Shown piece by piece: positions 49,085 to 60,359 of a DNA stretch of 64,000 nucleotides. The DNA lies in the NCBI GenBank assembly GCA_963422735.1, contig OY730476.1, positions 3,104,001 to 3,168,000 of the forward strand. The letters are read 5' to 3'. Origin of the DNA: Candidatus Latescibacterota bacterium (GTDB lineage Bacteria; Latescibacterota; UBA2968; UBA8231). How positions within the stretch are numbered: position 1 is the first letter of the stretch; each line of letters starts with the position of its first letter. Position numbers and translations under genes: made by a program. The notes beneath the pieces are model-generated. The model did not search any database, was not told the origin of the DNA, and worked only from the letters and a program-made list of their open reading frames with translations.

Positions 49085-51961
49085 ATGGGGGGCGATCCCC
49101 GTTTTCTGCGCTGGACCGGCTGGCTGGCGCGATTGGCAGCCTCCACGAGTGTGCTAGGGGGTGCGCTGGTGCTGTGGGGCTGGAACGCCAACGACGAATA
49201 TCTCAAAAGCTTCATGCACGTCAGTTGGGTGGCGACGCATCCGCTCGTGGCGATGGAGTTTATCTTAGCTGGCGCGGCGCTTTTGTTGCTGCGAGCCGAG
49301 CCGCTGAGCCGCTGGCGGCGGTATGCGGGCGTGGTGCTGGGGGCGACCGTGGTGCTGATCGCTGTACTCAAGTTGGTCGGCTACCAGTACAACTGGGAGC
49401 GGGGTGTCGACACGTATCTTTTTTATTTTAAGCTGGGCGGCTACCGGATGTCGCCCAATGCGGCTTTTTCCTTTTTACTGATAGGCTTGGCTTTGGTGCT
49501 GATGGATGTGCGGATGAGGGGCCGCGCCTATCTGCCGCAGATCTGCGTACTCGCGGCAACGGCCATTGGGCTTTTGTCGATGAGTAGCTACTTCCACAAC
49601 GTGCTTCTGCTCTACGGGATAGCCGGGTATGTGCCGGTCGTCCCGGACACGGCGACCGAATTCCTCATCCTCTGCTCTGGTCTGCTTTGCGCCCGCCCGC
49701 ACCGCGAGCCGATCGCCACCATAATCAGCACTACGGAGGGCGGCTCGGTGGCTCGCCGCCTCTTGCCGGCCGCCTTTGCAATCCCCCTCGTGCTCGACTG
49801 GGTGCGCATGCAGGGTGAGGCTCTCTATGGCTACGAGTTTGGTCTCTCTCTCTTTACGCTGCTCAACATCTTGGCCTTTGCCCTGCTCATTTGGTGGAAC
49901 GCCGCGTCGCTTTCGCGGGTCGATGCGGAAAGGCGGCACTCGGAAGAGCAGCTACAAGAGCAATACCGCCTAACCGCGGCGACAGCGCAGTCCGAGCACG
50001 AGGCCCTGTTGGCACTTGAAGATTCGCAAGAGGCCCTGCGCGGCGCTAAGGAGCAGGCCGAAGCGGCCAATCACGCCAAGAGCGCCTTCTTGGCCAATAT
50101 GAGCCACGAAATCCGCACCCCAATGAATGGCATCATCGGCATGACCGAGCTCTTGGGGCGCACCCGGCTCGAATCTCAGCAGCGCAACTACTTGACCTTG
50201 GTGCAGCAGTCGGCTGAATCCTTGCTATCCCTACTCAACGACATCCTCGATTTCTCCAAAGTCGAAGCAGGACGCTTAGCTCTGGAGAAGATCGAGTTCG
50301 GCCTGCGCGACGAGGTGGGCAATACCGTGCAGACACTGGCTATGCACGCGGCGAGTAAAAACATAGAGCTCGTGTGCCACATCCCCGCGGACGTACCCGA
50401 CCGCTTGGTCGGCGACCCGCGCCGCTTGCGCCAAGTGGTGATCAACTTGGTGGGCAATGCCGTCAAGTTTACCGAAGAGGGCGAAGTGGAAGTTGGCCTA
50501 GCAGTGGAAGAGGCATTGCCGGACGCCGTGTGCTTGCGCTTGTGGGTGCGCGACACCGGGATCGGTATCGCGCCGGAGAAACAGGCACGGATCTTCGACT
50601 CTTTCAGCCAAGTCGATAGCTCGACCTCGCGCCGCTTTGGCGGCTCCGGCTTGGGCTTGGCCATTTCGCAGCAGCTAGTCGAGCTGATGGGGGGTCGCAT
50701 CTGGGTCGAGAGCGAGGAGGGCAAAGGCAGCACCTTTTACTGCACGATCCGCTTAGGGCGGGGGACCCCGGAGACCAAGCGCACCGATCTGGTCTCGCTG
50801 CGGGGGATAAAAGTCTTAGTTGTTGACGACCATGCAACCAATCGGCGGATCCTCGAAGAGATCCTGAAAAGCTGGGCGATGGAAGTCGAGCTCGTGGAGA
50901 GCGGCTCGGCGGCAATAGCAGCCTTAGAGGCTGCGGCGCAGTCTTTCGATGTGGTGCTGATGGATCTGATGATGCCGGATATGGACGGCCTAGAAACGGT
51001 AGCGAGGATCCGCGAGAACGCGGCGTTTGCCCAAGTGCCAGTGCTACTGCTTTCCTCGGCCGACCGAGCCGAGTACAGCGCGCGGTCGCGCTCCTTGGGC
51101 ATTGCCCGCAGCCTGATCAAACCGGTCAAGCAGTCCGACCTGCTAGAGGCCATTGGCGCGGCCCTTAAAGCCGACCCGCCGGTGGAGACGCACGGTTCAA
51201 GGCGCGGTGAAGTGCCCGGAGACGAGCCGGGGGCGGTCGAGAGCCTCCGCATCCTCTTGGCCGAGGATGGGGTGATCAACCAGCAAGTAGCCGTGCGACT
51301 CTTAGAAGATCGCGGCCACTCAGTCGTGGTGGTGAACAATGGCCGCGCAGCCGTGGAGCAGGTGGCCGCACAGTCCTTTGACGTGGTGCTGATGGATGTG
51401 CAAATGCCGAAGATGGACGGCCTAGAAGCCACGGCGGCCATTCGCCAAACAGAGACGCCGACCGGTGGGCACATCCCAATCATCGCCATGACCGCCCACG
51501 CCATGAAAGGCGACCGCGACCGCTTCTTGGCGGCGGGCATGGACGGTTATGTCGCCAAGCCCGTGCGCCCGCACGAGCTGTACGCGGCCGTGGAGGGATT
51601 AGCATTAGTACCTGTGGATTTGCCCTTCGAGTGGGAAGCCGCGCTCGAGCGCGTTGGCGGCGACGAGGCCCTGCTGCGCGACCTAGTGGAGATGTTTTTT
51701 GCCGAATGCCCCAAGCTGATGCAGCAGGTCCGCGAGCACATCGCCGGCGCAGACGGCCCCGCATTGCGGCGGGCCGCACATACGCTCAAGGGATCGGCGC
51801 ATGTTTTCGGGGCTGATGCAGTAGCTGAGTCCTCGCATCGGTTGGAGGAAATCGGACGCGAGGAAGCGTTTGCCGACGCTGAGGAGGCCCTAGCGTTGCT
51901 GGAGGATGAAGTGGCGCGGTTGCTGCCGGCCTTGCGGGAGCGAGTTGCGACTAACGCGTAA
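49085..51961 (+). CDS. Membrane hybrid sensor histidine kinase (HisKA-HATPase-REC-REC-Hpt)
   Basis: Several TMs, [28 protein letters not shown], two REC domains, AAHTLKGS. Confidence 0.93.
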   Translation: MGGDPRFLRWTGWLARLAASTSVLGGALVLWGWNANDEYLKSFMHVSWVATHPLVAMEFILAGAALLLLRAEPLSRWRRYAGVVLGATVVLIAVLKLVGYQYNWERGVDTYLFYFKLGGYRMSPNAAFSFLLIGLALVLMDVRMRGRAYLPQICVLAATAIGLLSMSSYFHNVLLLYGIAGYVPVVPDTATEFLILCSGLLCARPHREPIATIISTTEGGSVARRLLPAAFAIPLVLDWVRMQGEALYGYEFGLSLFTLLNILAFALLIWWNAASLSRVDAERRHSEEQLQEQYRLTAATAQSEHEALLALEDSQEALRGAKEQAEAANHAKSAFLANMSHEIRTPMNGIIGMTELLGRTRLESQQRNYLTLVQQSAESLLSLLNDILDFSKVEAGRLALEKIEFGLRDEVGNTVQTLAMHAASKNIELVCHIPADVPDRLVGDPRRLRQVVINLVGNAVKFTEEGEVEVGLAVEEALPDAVCLRLWVRDTGIGIAPEKQARIFDSFSQVDSSTSRRFGGSGLGLAISQQLVELMGGRIWVESEEGKGSTFYCTIRLGRGTPETKRTDLVSLRGIKVLVVDDHATNRRILEEILKSWAMEVELVESGSAAIAALEAAAQSFDVVLMDLMMPDMDGLETVARIRENAAFAQVPVLLLSSADRAEYSARSRSLGIARSLIKPVKQSDLLEAIGAALKADPPVETHGSRRGEVPGDEPGAVESLRILLAEDGVINQQVAVRLLEDRGHSVVVVNNGRAAVEQVAAQSFDVVLMDVQMPKMDGLEATAAIRQTETPTGGHIPIIAMTAHAMKGDRDRFLAAGMDGYVAKPVRPHELYAAVEGLALVPVDLPFEWEAALERVGGDEALLRDLVEMFFAECPKLMQQVREHIAGADGPALRRAAHTLKGSAHVFGADAVAESSHRLEEIGREEAFADAEEALALLEDEVARLLPALRERVATNA

Positions 51962-51982
51962 AGCCGAAGGGGAAAGAAGACG

Positions 51983-52312
51983 ATGGAGCGAGTTTATACC
52001 ACGCAGGACTTAGCCATGCTCAGCCACCTCAGAAACGCGCTGGCCGCGCAGGGCATTGAATGCGTTTTGCGCGGTCAGCACCTGCTCGGCGGAGTGGGCG
52101 AATTGCCCCCGATTGAGTGCTGGCCGGAGTTGTGGGTCTTGGACGACAGACAGGTCACAGCAGCAAAGTTGCACATTGACACCCTATTTGCAATGACTGT
52201 AAAAGAAGAGACACCTTGGACTTGCGCCGCGTGCGGCGAGGAGTGCCCGGGGGCGTTTACGGACTGTTGGAGCTGTGGGGCGGTGCGGGCTGAAAAGAGC
52301 GAAACGCCCTAA
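51983..52312 (+). CDS. DUF2007 protein with C-terminal RanBP2-like zinc finger
   Basis: GELPPIECWPELWV, WTCAACGE....FTDCWSCG. Confidence 0.8.
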   Translation: MERVYTTQDLAMLSHLRNALAAQGIECVLRGQHLLGGVGELPPIECWPELWVLDDRQVTAAKLHIDTLFAMTVKEETPWTCAACGEECPGAFTDCWSCGAVRAEKSETP

Positions 52313-52329
52313 ACACAGCCTCTATCGGA

Positions 52330-52767
52330 AGTGGGCACGATGGAACGAGATGGGGTCAGTTTACCAAAGCCGAGCGGCCGAAATCTCGGCACTAGGCCGA
52401 TTCGAGTTCGTACAATATAGACGAAATAGCAGAGGAAGTGGACCGTGAGTGATGGTTGGGTCCTCAATGCCTCGCCAATCATTACCCTAGCCAAAGTTGG
52501 TCATCTGGAGAAGTCCTAAGCTGGAGTCTGGGTGCAGGAGAGACTGAGGTGCTTTCTGTGGCTCTGGAAAAATCTGGCTGGATAGCTGTTATAGATGACG
52601 CTGCCGCTGGGGTATGTGCTCGGTCATTAGGTTGTGTTACGTGCGAAAAGACGAGGACTAGTCGAGTCTGCCGCCAAAATTATCCGCGAGTTGCGCCATG
52701 TAGGTCTATAGACGATCAATTCGTCCGATTCGTGCTTAAACAGGTCGTTGGAGAGGATTGGCCATAA
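52330..52767 (+). pseudogene. Degraded UPF0175 antitoxin + DUF3368 PIN toxin pair
   Basis: QSRAAEISALGRFEF fragment. MSDGWVLNASPIITLAKVGHL, then a deletion, then LGAGETEVL..VIDDAAA. Frameshifts and stops. Confidence 0.65.
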
Positions 52768-52824
52768 ATAGCTAGCAAAGTCGGCAATGACTATGAACTA
52801 TTTTACTGTAGAGGAAACTCGTCA

Positions 52825-53538
52825 ATGAACAAAATATGGGTCCTGCAAAACGCGCAGCCGGAGAACTTGGGAATTGCCGGCCAGGTTTTTCAAGGCTGCG
52901 GTCTCGCGCCCGCCTACGTACATACCTTTGTCGGCGAGGAGGTCCCCCGCTACATGGACGGGGCCGTCGGCCTAGTGGTCTTGGGCGGTCCGATGGGTGT
53001 GTACGAACACGACCGCTACCCGTTTCTGGACGCGGCGATGCGCCTTATCGACCAAGCCCTGAAAGAGGACAAGCCCGTGCTCGGCATCTGCTTGGGCAGC
53101 CAGCTTTTGGCCACGGCTCTTGGTGCTCGGGTCGCCCGCGGCCCACAGCGGGAAATTGGCTGGCATCCAATTGAGCTGAAGCCCGCTGCCAGTGAAGACC
53201 TGCTAATGGGCGGGATAGAACCATCTTTTATGGGCTACCACTGGCACGGCGACATCTTCGATTTGCCCAAGGGCGCTATCGCACTAGCCTCTTCTGCTCG
53301 CACTGCCTACCAAGCGTTTTCTTATGGCCGGGCGGCGTATGGCGTCCTCTTCCATCTGGAAGTTACCACAAAAATTATCGCCGATATGGTCCGGGTTTTT
53401 GCCGACGAAGTGCGCGAGGAGGGGCTAGATGGCGAGCAAATTAAAGCCGACGCGGCCCAGTACTTGCCTGCCCTCCATGCCAACGGGCGGGCCTTCTTCC
53501 AGAACTGGGCTACTCTCTGCTTGGAGGTGCCTCGGTGA
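52825..53538 (+). CDS. Class I glutamine amidotransferase-like protein
   Basis: LGGPMG, GICLGSQ, WHGD, FHLE. Confidence 0.9.
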   Translation: MNKIWVLQNAQPENLGIAGQVFQGCGLAPAYVHTFVGEEVPRYMDGAVGLVVLGGPMGVYEHDRYPFLDAAMRLIDQALKEDKPVLGICLGSQLLATALGARVARGPQREIGWHPIELKPAASEDLLMGGIEPSFMGYHWHGDIFDLPKGAIALASSARTAYQAFSYGRAAYGVLFHLEVTTKIIADMVRVFADEVREEGLDGEQIKADAAQYLPALHANGRAFFQNWATLCLEVPR

Positions 53539-53587
53539 GAAGCCGCTGGTATCGATGAACGGACTTTCCTAGATAAGGACTGTTTAA

Positions 53588-53613
53588 TCAGTGGTCAGTG
53601 GTCAGTGGTCAGT
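53588..53613 (+). repeat. (TCAGTGG)3.7 tandem heptamer
   Basis: tcagtggtcagtggtcagtggtcagt; same unit as at 42148. Confidence 0.75.
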
Positions 53614-53774
53614 TCCATCCGCCTCCTTGGCGACGGGCCCCGGAACATCAACGCGGGGGACCGCGCTGGCCCGGACGAGGGCTACGGGCATGCCGAGTGA
53701 TACCGCCTACATGAAACCGGAATCCCCAACCGTACACTAGGAAATTTCGTCGATGAATCTAGGCTTCGCGCCAC

Positions 53775-56465
53775 TCAGGTCGAAACCCCTAACAAGCCGC
53801 GCGTCAGTTGAAAATCGACGTTGCGCTGCTGCAAGGCACCGGAGATATGGTCGCCCAGTGCCACCCGAGCCAACAAAGCGGCCAATTGCTCGGCCCAATC
53901 GTCGGCCACACCCGTCAGCGCCCAATCAATATCATCGCCGTAGAGTGCTGCCACCGTCGGATTCGCGCTTACCTGCACCACCGGCATGAGAGGGTGCCCC
54001 TGTAGAGGATGCTCGCCAGTATGGGCCAGGATTAGGTACACGCCCGTGGCACCCAGTCCGGTAGCCGTCTCCACCCAGTGGTCCGTGGGCGTCTCCATGA
54101 TGTAAAAACCCGGCTCTACTGCCGTCTGTCCGTAGGGCAATGTCACGGCGTCTGAGGGCTGTACTAGCGCAGATTCCAGATACGCCGGTTTCTGCAGCAG
54201 GGCCGCGTTGTGCGGCACGATCACGGTGCCGCCCGCGGTCACTACCCAGCGCGTCAACTGGGCAAAAGACCGCGCCGCATCCTCCTCCAGCTCGCCAGTC
54301 GCCTGCATCCCCAAGCGCAAGGCACCCAAGCCGCATTCCATGGTAACGGGAGCCTCCGTCTCTGCCAGTGCTTGGCGGAACCACGCCTCGACCTTGTCCA
54401 TGGTCTTGACAATGCCGCCGTCCAACTGTACCGAAGCCCAGCCGAAAATAGCCGGGTCCAAACCCCATTCCTCAAGGCCGTTGCGCATGTAGTCGTTGTG
54501 CGTCTTTTCGCAGCCGTGCTCCAGCAGCAAAACGCGCCGCGCCAGCGGATGTGCTGCGTACCCCATCATGGTGCGCAAGTGCATTTGCTCGGTGGCACCG
54601 CTCGACGACAGCCCACAGCCCTCGGTGTGGACCAAGGCGACAAAGCGCGACAGGCCCTGCTCGCGGCCCACTTGCCGGGCATTGAGCCGCTCGGCGCACA
54701 TGCGGGCGATCTGGCCGGCGCACAGGCTGGTGGGCAATACCAGCCCCACCTGATCGATAGCTGACCCGCGCTCTCCATCCAGCACGGGGAACGACACCGC
54801 TGGCCCGACCTCGGGCCGCACCGGCACGGGCCGGCCCTCGGGCACGGGAGCGGCCAACAGTTCCTCCAGTCGATTGGTATCGGTCTGTTGCCAATTGCGC
54901 CAGATGGACACTTGAGCATGGCCAGCCCGCTCGCCCAGCGAGCGCTCGCCCGAAGCCACCCGTAAGGTGCGTTCGAACAACGCTTGGCCCAACTCGTCCA
55001 TCGGTGTGCCATCCAAGTAAGCCCCGGCGTTGACATCGAGGTCCGCGGCCAGCAACTGGTAGCGCTCCGAGGTGGTGACGATCTTGATCGTGGGTACAAA
55101 GGGAAAATTGGTAATGGAACCGTTACCAGTGACAAAGAAAATGGCATTGCAGCCGCTGGCCACCTGCCCGGCAATGCTTTCCAAGTCGTTGCCCGGACTG
55201 TCCATAAAGTGGAAACCAGTCCCTTTGAGCGGCTCGCCGTACTCAATGGCGTAGTCCAAGCGCACGTCTGGATCGCGTTTGCGCGCTGCGCCAATGGACT
55301 TGAGCGCGATGTTGTAGAGACCGCGAAATTTGTTGCCCCCGGAGGGGTTGCCCTCGGCTGAGGCACCGTGCCACGATACCCGCTCCTTGAAGCGCTCGAC
55401 CATGTGCAAAAAGGTGCGCGCGGTCTCCACATCTTTGACGTTTTGCAGTACATACGGTTCGGCACCGATCAACTCGTCGGTCTCGGCGAGGTTGGCTGCA
55501 CCGCCGTAGCGGATCAGCTCGCGCGCTACCCAAGCGGCCAGCGGGTTGCCCGAAATGCCCGAAAAGGCGTCCGAGCCGCCGCACTGCAAGGCGATCTTGA
55601 GATAGGCCAAATCGTGCTCGCCCCGCACCTCGTCCGCCATTTCCCGGGCCCAAACCGCCACTTGCCGATCTCCTTCTTCCAAATGCGCCTCGAAGGAACC
55701 GTCCAAGCTCATAAAGCGGTGCCGGATGTGGTCGAGGGCATAGCCGTGCGCCACCATGTACTCCCGCAGCATGTTGTTGGTTACGGCTTCGCTGCCATAG
55801 TCCACCGCCACCATGGCACCGACGTTGGGATGGACGACAAAGCCGGCCAGCGTGCGCAATAGGAGCTCGCGGTTGTTGGGAGCGGACCCACCGCCGCCCT
55901 CGGTGTGGGCAATCGGCACCACGCCATCGCCGGCCGGTCGGCCGCTCCAGCGCTCGGCCAATAGCCGGGCATAGCTGGCCGTGCGCGAGGATGTACCCAA
56001 GACGACGATATAATTGCGCGTGCCCACGCCCCGTCCTCCAGGGCGACCATAGCCCAAAAAGGTCCGCCGCTCCTCATGCGAATCGAGTGCAATTCCGGGC
56101 TGAAAATTCGCCGGATTCAGTTGATACGGCTCAATGCGATCGACGAAATTGGCCTGCTCGGGCAACTCGAAGTCCAATTGCCGGATGCCCAATGCGTCGA
56201 GCATACTCTGATTGCAGGCGTAGTCGCCCGGCTTTAGGGCGCGCTCGGCCACGCCAAAGGGCAGTTGCCACGATAGCAGGAACTGGCCGGGTTCAATCGG
56301 CGCGACGGCAAAGCGATGGCCTTCCATCACCGTGTGGGACAAAGTGAACGACCGTCCCTCGTAGTCGATGCCCGTGCCCGCTTCTAGACGCCGGGTAGCA
56401 ATGGCCACATTGTCCCCGGCCATGGGCAGCCGGGCTACTTTGCTAAAGGAAAAAACCGAGCTCAT
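53775..56465 (-). CDS. UxaA/GarD family acid-sugar dehydratase, extended with a duplicated domain
   Basis: SAF domain DNVAIA/GHRFA, VGTRNY, HTEG, QCGGSDAFSG, F.TGNG. A second HTEGCG/LEHGCEKT module follows in the C-half. Confidence 0.88.
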   Translation of the reverse strand: MSSVFSFSKVARLPMAGDNVAIATRRLEAGTGIDYEGRSFTLSHTVMEGHRFAVAPIEPGQFLLSWQLPFGVAERALKPGDYACNQSMLDALGIRQLDFELPEQANFVDRIEPYQLNPANFQPGIALDSHEERRTFLGYGRPGGRGVGTRNYIVVLGTSSRTASYARLLAERWSGRPAGDGVVPIAHTEGGGGSAPNNRELLLRTLAGFVVHPNVGAMVAVDYGSEAVTNNMLREYMVAHGYALDHIRHRFMSLDGSFEAHLEEGDRQVAVWAREMADEVRGEHDLAYLKIALQCGGSDAFSGISGNPLAAWVARELIRYGGAANLAETDELIGAEPYVLQNVKDVETARTFLHMVERFKERVSWHGASAEGNPSGGNKFRGLYNIALKSIGAARKRDPDVRLDYAIEYGEPLKGTGFHFMDSPGNDLESIAGQVASGCNAIFFVTGNGSITNFPFVPTIKIVTTSERYQLLAADLDVNAGAYLDGTPMDELGQALFERTLRVASGERSLGERAGHAQVSIWRNWQQTDTNRLEELLAAPVPEGRPVPVRPEVGPAVSFPVLDGERGSAIDQVGLVLPTSLCAGQIARMCAERLNARQVGREQGLSRFVALVHTEGCGLSSSGATEQMHLRTMMGYAAHPLARRVLLLEHGCEKTHNDYMRNGLEEWGLDPAIFGWASVQLDGGIVKTMDKVEAWFRQALAETEAPVTMECGLGALRLGMQATGELEEDAARSFAQLTRWVVTAGGTVIVPHNAALLQKPAYLESALVQPSDAVTLPYGQTAVEPGFYIMETPTDHWVETATGLGATGVYLILAHTGEHPLQGHPLMPVVQVSANPTVAALYGDDIDWALTGVADDWAEQLAALLARVALGDHISGALQQRNVDFQLTRGLLGVST

Positions 56466-56474
56466 TATAGCTCC

Positions 56475-57890
56475 TCAATAAGGCGTGGACGACGAAGTAA
56501 TGGCGCACCAGCGGGCTGGCTTTAGGGCTTCGACCAAGGCGCGGCAGGCTTGGGCGGTCCCGATCTTGCGCAAAGCGGTACTGGCGTAGTAGCGCGTATA
56601 GCGATTTGGATCGACCAAAGCACGAGCAACCGTCGGTACTAGCTCGTCGTCGGGGGGGGCCATCTTACTCAGGGAAAAGACAGCGTTGCGCCGCACCAAC
56701 TCCACCTTGTCGTCCAAAGCGCGGGCGAGTGCCGGAGCCGTCGATACCGCCGCCGGACCAATCGTCCCTAAGGCCTCGGCGGCATTGCGCCGCACCCACA
56801 TAGCGTCATCGCTCAAGGCCGCCTGCAATACTGGCACCGCCGCAGCCGCCTCCTTGCCCATAGTCGCCAAGGCACCCATTGCCGCCGCCCGGCCGGGCCA
56901 GGGGTCCTGCTGGGCGGCGGCCAATAACCCATCCAAAGCGTCTGTGCCCAAGGTGGCCAAGGCGTGTACCGGTCCCAATTCGCCCGGATTGCCGCCTTGG
57001 GGATTGGTCGGCGAATGGGCCAGATTGGTCTCGGCTTGCGCTTGGGCTTGGCTCCGCATGTCTTCGATCAGCCCTTCTACTTGGTCTCCTCCCAAGCTGT
57101 AGGCCGCTTGCAGGCGGCCCGTTTCCGATTCGGCACCCAAATCCTCCCAGCGTGCGCTGCCGCTGCTCGCTGCCGGCCGGCCACACAACCAGTCCCACAC
57201 GTGCCGCGACAATGCTGGGTGTGGATCGCCGTCGAGGGGCTGCCAGTGGGCCACTTTATTGTTCCACGTCGGTGCCTCTGGTTCCGTCATGCGGGTGAAC
57301 TGGTATTTGAGCATGTAGCGCCTTTTGTCCGAGCGATTGGCCGTGGCCCGGTGCCAGCTATCGAAGTTGACGATGGACACTGTGCCGGCCGGGCCGCACA
57401 AGCCCAATTCGGTCTCGGTGGCTCGCTCTGGATCGGCATTGGAGATGCTGTTGTACCACTGCTGTCCCGGCATCACGCCGGTGGGGCCCATATCCGAAGT
57501 GACGTCTTGGGGGTAGTAAAAGGCCATGACCCAACGGCAGCGGTGATAGCGGATATTCTGGTCGAAGATGTAGTCGTCCTTGTGCCAACTTTGGCCGTCG
57601 CTGCCGGGGGGATTGAGGTGACAGTAGCGATGCGGGTGCATCAGATAGCCCGCACCCAGAATACTGGTCAGGGCACCGCGCACCGCAGGGTGGGCAAAGA
57701 CCTCGGCGATGGCGGGGATGCGCGGCGCGATATTGTTGCCGGGGTTGCCTTCGGCTTCCAACACCGCGTCGATTTGGCGGCACACTACGGCGTGAAAATC
57801 GCCCGGGAAATCCGCCTGCACCTGAACATAGCCTTGGGCGATGAATTGCTGCATCTCGGCGTCGCTGAGCAAGTGCTTTTCGGCTTCCAT
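56475..57890 (-). CDS. PhyH dioxygenase fused to HEAT/PBS-lyase repeats
   Basis: WHKD, MGPT, WHRATAN. Repeats such as VRRNAAEALG and VRRNAVFSL. Confidence 0.85.
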   Translation of the reverse strand: MEAEKHLLSDAEMQQFIAQGYVQVQADFPGDFHAVVCRQIDAVLEAEGNPGNNIAPRIPAIAEVFAHPAVRGALTSILGAGYLMHPHRYCHLNPPGSDGQSWHKDDYIFDQNIRYHRCRWVMAFYYPQDVTSDMGPTGVMPGQQWYNSISNADPERATETELGLCGPAGTVSIVNFDSWHRATANRSDKRRYMLKYQFTRMTEPEAPTWNNKVAHWQPLDGDPHPALSRHVWDWLCGRPAASSGSARWEDLGAESETGRLQAAYSLGGDQVEGLIEDMRSQAQAQAETNLAHSPTNPQGGNPGELGPVHALATLGTDALDGLLAAAQQDPWPGRAAAMGALATMGKEAAAAVPVLQAALSDDAMWVRRNAAEALGTIGPAAVSTAPALARALDDKVELVRRNAVFSLSKMAPPDDELVPTVARALVDPNRYTRYYASTALRKIGTAQACRALVEALKPARWCAITSSSTPY

Positions 57891-57902
57891 TACTCTCTCC
57901 TC

Positions 57903-59210
57903 CTAAAAGCGGCGGTCCAGCGCCCATGCGGCCCAGGACCGCACGTATTCGTTACCCTGCTGACGCGCCCGCTGCAAGGCGGCTACCGCCGCGGCCGGTG
58001 CGCGCCATTTGGCCAGTGCCATGGCTGCGTTTTCGCGCAGCGGCGCATCGGACAGAGACCAAGGCGTCATCGCGCGGCTATCGTCCAGTGCCTGCGCCAA
58101 GGCCGGTACTGCCGCCGGCACCTGACCCATGTTGCCCAAGGCGTCGGCCGCATTGCGACAGACCCATTCGCTGTCGTCCTGCAATGCTGCGGCAAGGGCC
58201 GAGGTCGCCCCCTGAGCCTCGGCACCCATGCAGCCTAGGGCGCTGGCCGCCCCGGCTCGCAGCCACCAATCCCGATCCTGCAACGCCTCGATGAGCGCAG
58301 GCACTGCCACAGCGCCAGCCGCGGCCAGCCCGTAGGGGCTTTCCAACTGGCTGGGATTGGTAAAATCGCCGCGTGCGAGATTGACTTGCCAACGCCGGGC
58401 GGACTCGTCTTTTAGTGCCGCCATCAATACCGGCATCCCCTCCACCCCTAGCGCCCCCAAGTCGTAATAGGCATCCAGCCGCACCCGTTCATCGATATCC
58501 TGCAACGCCGCCTGCAAGGCGGCTACCGACCGGTGCGGCCTCAAGGCAGGGGCCTGCCCCCCGTACCAGCGCCACAGCGTGCGGTACAGGGCCGCGTGGC
58601 GTCCTGTCGGTAGCCACTGGCTGCGCCGTTCTGGCGAGATCTCCTCGGTGCGGGCGAAGAGGAACTTCAGCATATAGCGCGTCCGGGTCGAGCGATTGGC
58701 CGTGGCCCGGTGCCACAATTCGTAGTGGGTGATGACCGCAGTGCCCGCCGCGCAGGTCAGGGGCAGCCCTTCGACCTCATCGCCGGGTCCATCCATATAG
58801 TACTGAGTCCTAGGCACCAGTGCCGTAGGCCCCATATCCGGCGTTACCTCGTGCGGATAGTACAGCATTAGGGCATAGCGCGGGCGGTGGTAGCGCATAT
58901 TGCCGCCGAGGGGATAATCCTTGTGCCAAGCTTGGGCTTGGTTGCCCGGCGCGAGATCGTGGCAGTGGCAGTGGCGGTTGAGGGCGTATCCAGACCCTAG
59001 GATACCGGTCAAGGCCGCATCGATTGCCGGATCGGCAAACAACTGATGCAGTAGGGGAATGCGCTCTATCAGGTCGTTGCCCGGATTGCCCGTGGCGAGC
59101 ACGCATTCGACTTGGCGATGCAGTTCGCCGTGCAGGTCCGCGGTCGGTTGCACCACGAGGTATCCCCGGATGATGAAATCCTGTAGGGCCGCATCGCTTA
59201 GGTGGGCCAT
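57903..59210 (-). CDS. PhyH dioxygenase fused to HEAT/PBS-lyase repeats
   Basis: WHKD, MGPT, WHRATAN. Repeats such as LRAGAASALG and VCRNAADALG. Confidence 0.85.
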   Translation of the reverse strand: MAHLSDAALQDFIIRGYLVVQPTADLHGELHRQVECVLATGNPGNDLIERIPLLHQLFADPAIDAALTGILGSGYALNRHCHCHDLAPGNQAQAWHKDYPLGGNMRYHRPRYALMLYYPHEVTPDMGPTALVPRTQYYMDGPGDEVEGLPLTCAAGTAVITHYELWHRATANRSTRTRYMLKFLFARTEEISPERRSQWLPTGRHAALYRTLWRWYGGQAPALRPHRSVAALQAALQDIDERVRLDAYYDLGALGVEGMPVLMAALKDESARRWQVNLARGDFTNPSQLESPYGLAAAGAVAVPALIEALQDRDWWLRAGAASALGCMGAEAQGATSALAAALQDDSEWVCRNAADALGNMGQVPAAVPALAQALDDSRAMTPWSLSDAPLRENAAMALAKWRAPAAAVAALQRARQQGNEYVRSWAAWALDRRF

Positions 59211-60304
59211 CAGCCTATCCTAACTTCCCGCCCCTCGGCAGCCGAGCGGTACAGACCGTCGAGGGCGGCCATGACGTTGAGCACTTCCTCTTTTTTAACC
59301 AGCAACTCGGCCCGTCCCTCAAGCACCTCGACAAAATGGGCCGCGGCTTTGTAGTGGCCTGAGAAGGGCACCGAGAGGTCGGGCGGCACGTTGAGCCGGG
59401 TGTCGGCCTGATAGCGGCCCAAGGTGCCGATAAAAGTGAGGGGATTGAAAGTGAGGCCGCCCTTGGTGCCCATGATGAGGGTGCCGCCGGTACCATCGGG
59501 CAAATTGGCCGCCCAACTGGCCCGAATGCTGATGGTGGCGTCGTTTTCCAAACGCAAAAAGCCAGCGGCCATATCCTCGACATCGTATTCGCTCATGTCG
59601 TAGTCCCGGGGCGCGAACACGCCCTCTGGAGCACCGCTGTCGGCCAGCGACGTGACCACATCTTCGCGCTGGTCGGCCAGTTTGGTATAAGTCGCGCCCG
59701 AAGCGGCCACTACTTTGGGGTTGCCCATGATCCACAGCAGGGCGTCGAGGGCGTGGACGCCAATGTCGTAGAGGGGGCCGCCGCCCGAGGCTTCTTTTAT
59801 ATGGAAGCGGCCCCAAGTGGGCACTCCGCGACGGCGGAAGGCCGAGGTTTCGGCATAGTACATCTCGCCCAAGTGTCCGCTAGCGGCCAGTTGCTTGGCA
59901 GCGGTATTGGTGCCGGAGAAACGGCTCGTCTGGGTGACAAATAGATGGCGTCCGTCGGCCTTGGCCGCCGCGTACATGGCCACTGCGTCGGCGTGGCTGG
60001 CAGCTACGGGTTTTTCGCAAAACACGTGGGCACCGGCTTGGAGGGCAGCTTCGGTGTAGGCGCGATGCGAGACATTGGGGGTGCAGACGGAGACGATATC
60101 CGGGCGCAGCTCGTCCATCATGCGCCCACAGTTGTCGTACGCGTGGGGGATGCCGTGGCGGGCGGCGGTCTGTTGGGCTTTGGCCAAGGTGCGATTGAAC
60201 AGGCCGACCACTTCCACGGCTGGGGCCAACTCCCGCCAAGCAGGAATATGACCGACGTTGGCGACCATGCCAGTGCCCACGACGGCTACTTTGTATGGGG
60301 CCAT
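59210..60304 (-). CDS. Gfo/Idh/MocA oxidoreductase
   Basis: VVGTG, CTPN, HVFCEKP, GGGPLYDIGVHALD. ATG 60304. Confidence 0.9.
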   Translation of the reverse strand: MAPYKVAVVGTGMVANVGHIPAWRELAPAVEVVGLFNRTLAKAQQTAARHGIPHAYDNCGRMMDELRPDIVSVCTPNVSHRAYTEAALQAGAHVFCEKPVAASHADAVAMYAAAKADGRHLFVTQTSRFSGTNTAAKQLAASGHLGEMYYAETSAFRRRGVPTWGRFHIKEASGGGPLYDIGVHALDALLWIMGNPKVVAASGATYTKLADQREDVVTSLADSGAPEGVFAPRDYDMSEYDVEDMAAGFLRLENDATISIRASWAANLPDGTGGTLIMGTKGGLTFNPLTFIGTLGRYQADTRLNVPPDLSVPFSGHYKAAAHFVEVLEGRAELLVKKEEVLNVMAALDGLYRSAAEGREVRIG

Positions 60305-60359
60305 GATCTGTTGTCCTTTTGCAATGGTGCGATGCGAGCGATGGGCCAAAGTCACAGAC

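Noticed and set aside
53614-53775. Possible transposase or gene remnant after the heptamer repeat
   Set aside because: No motif, terminal inverted repeat or target duplication could be identified.
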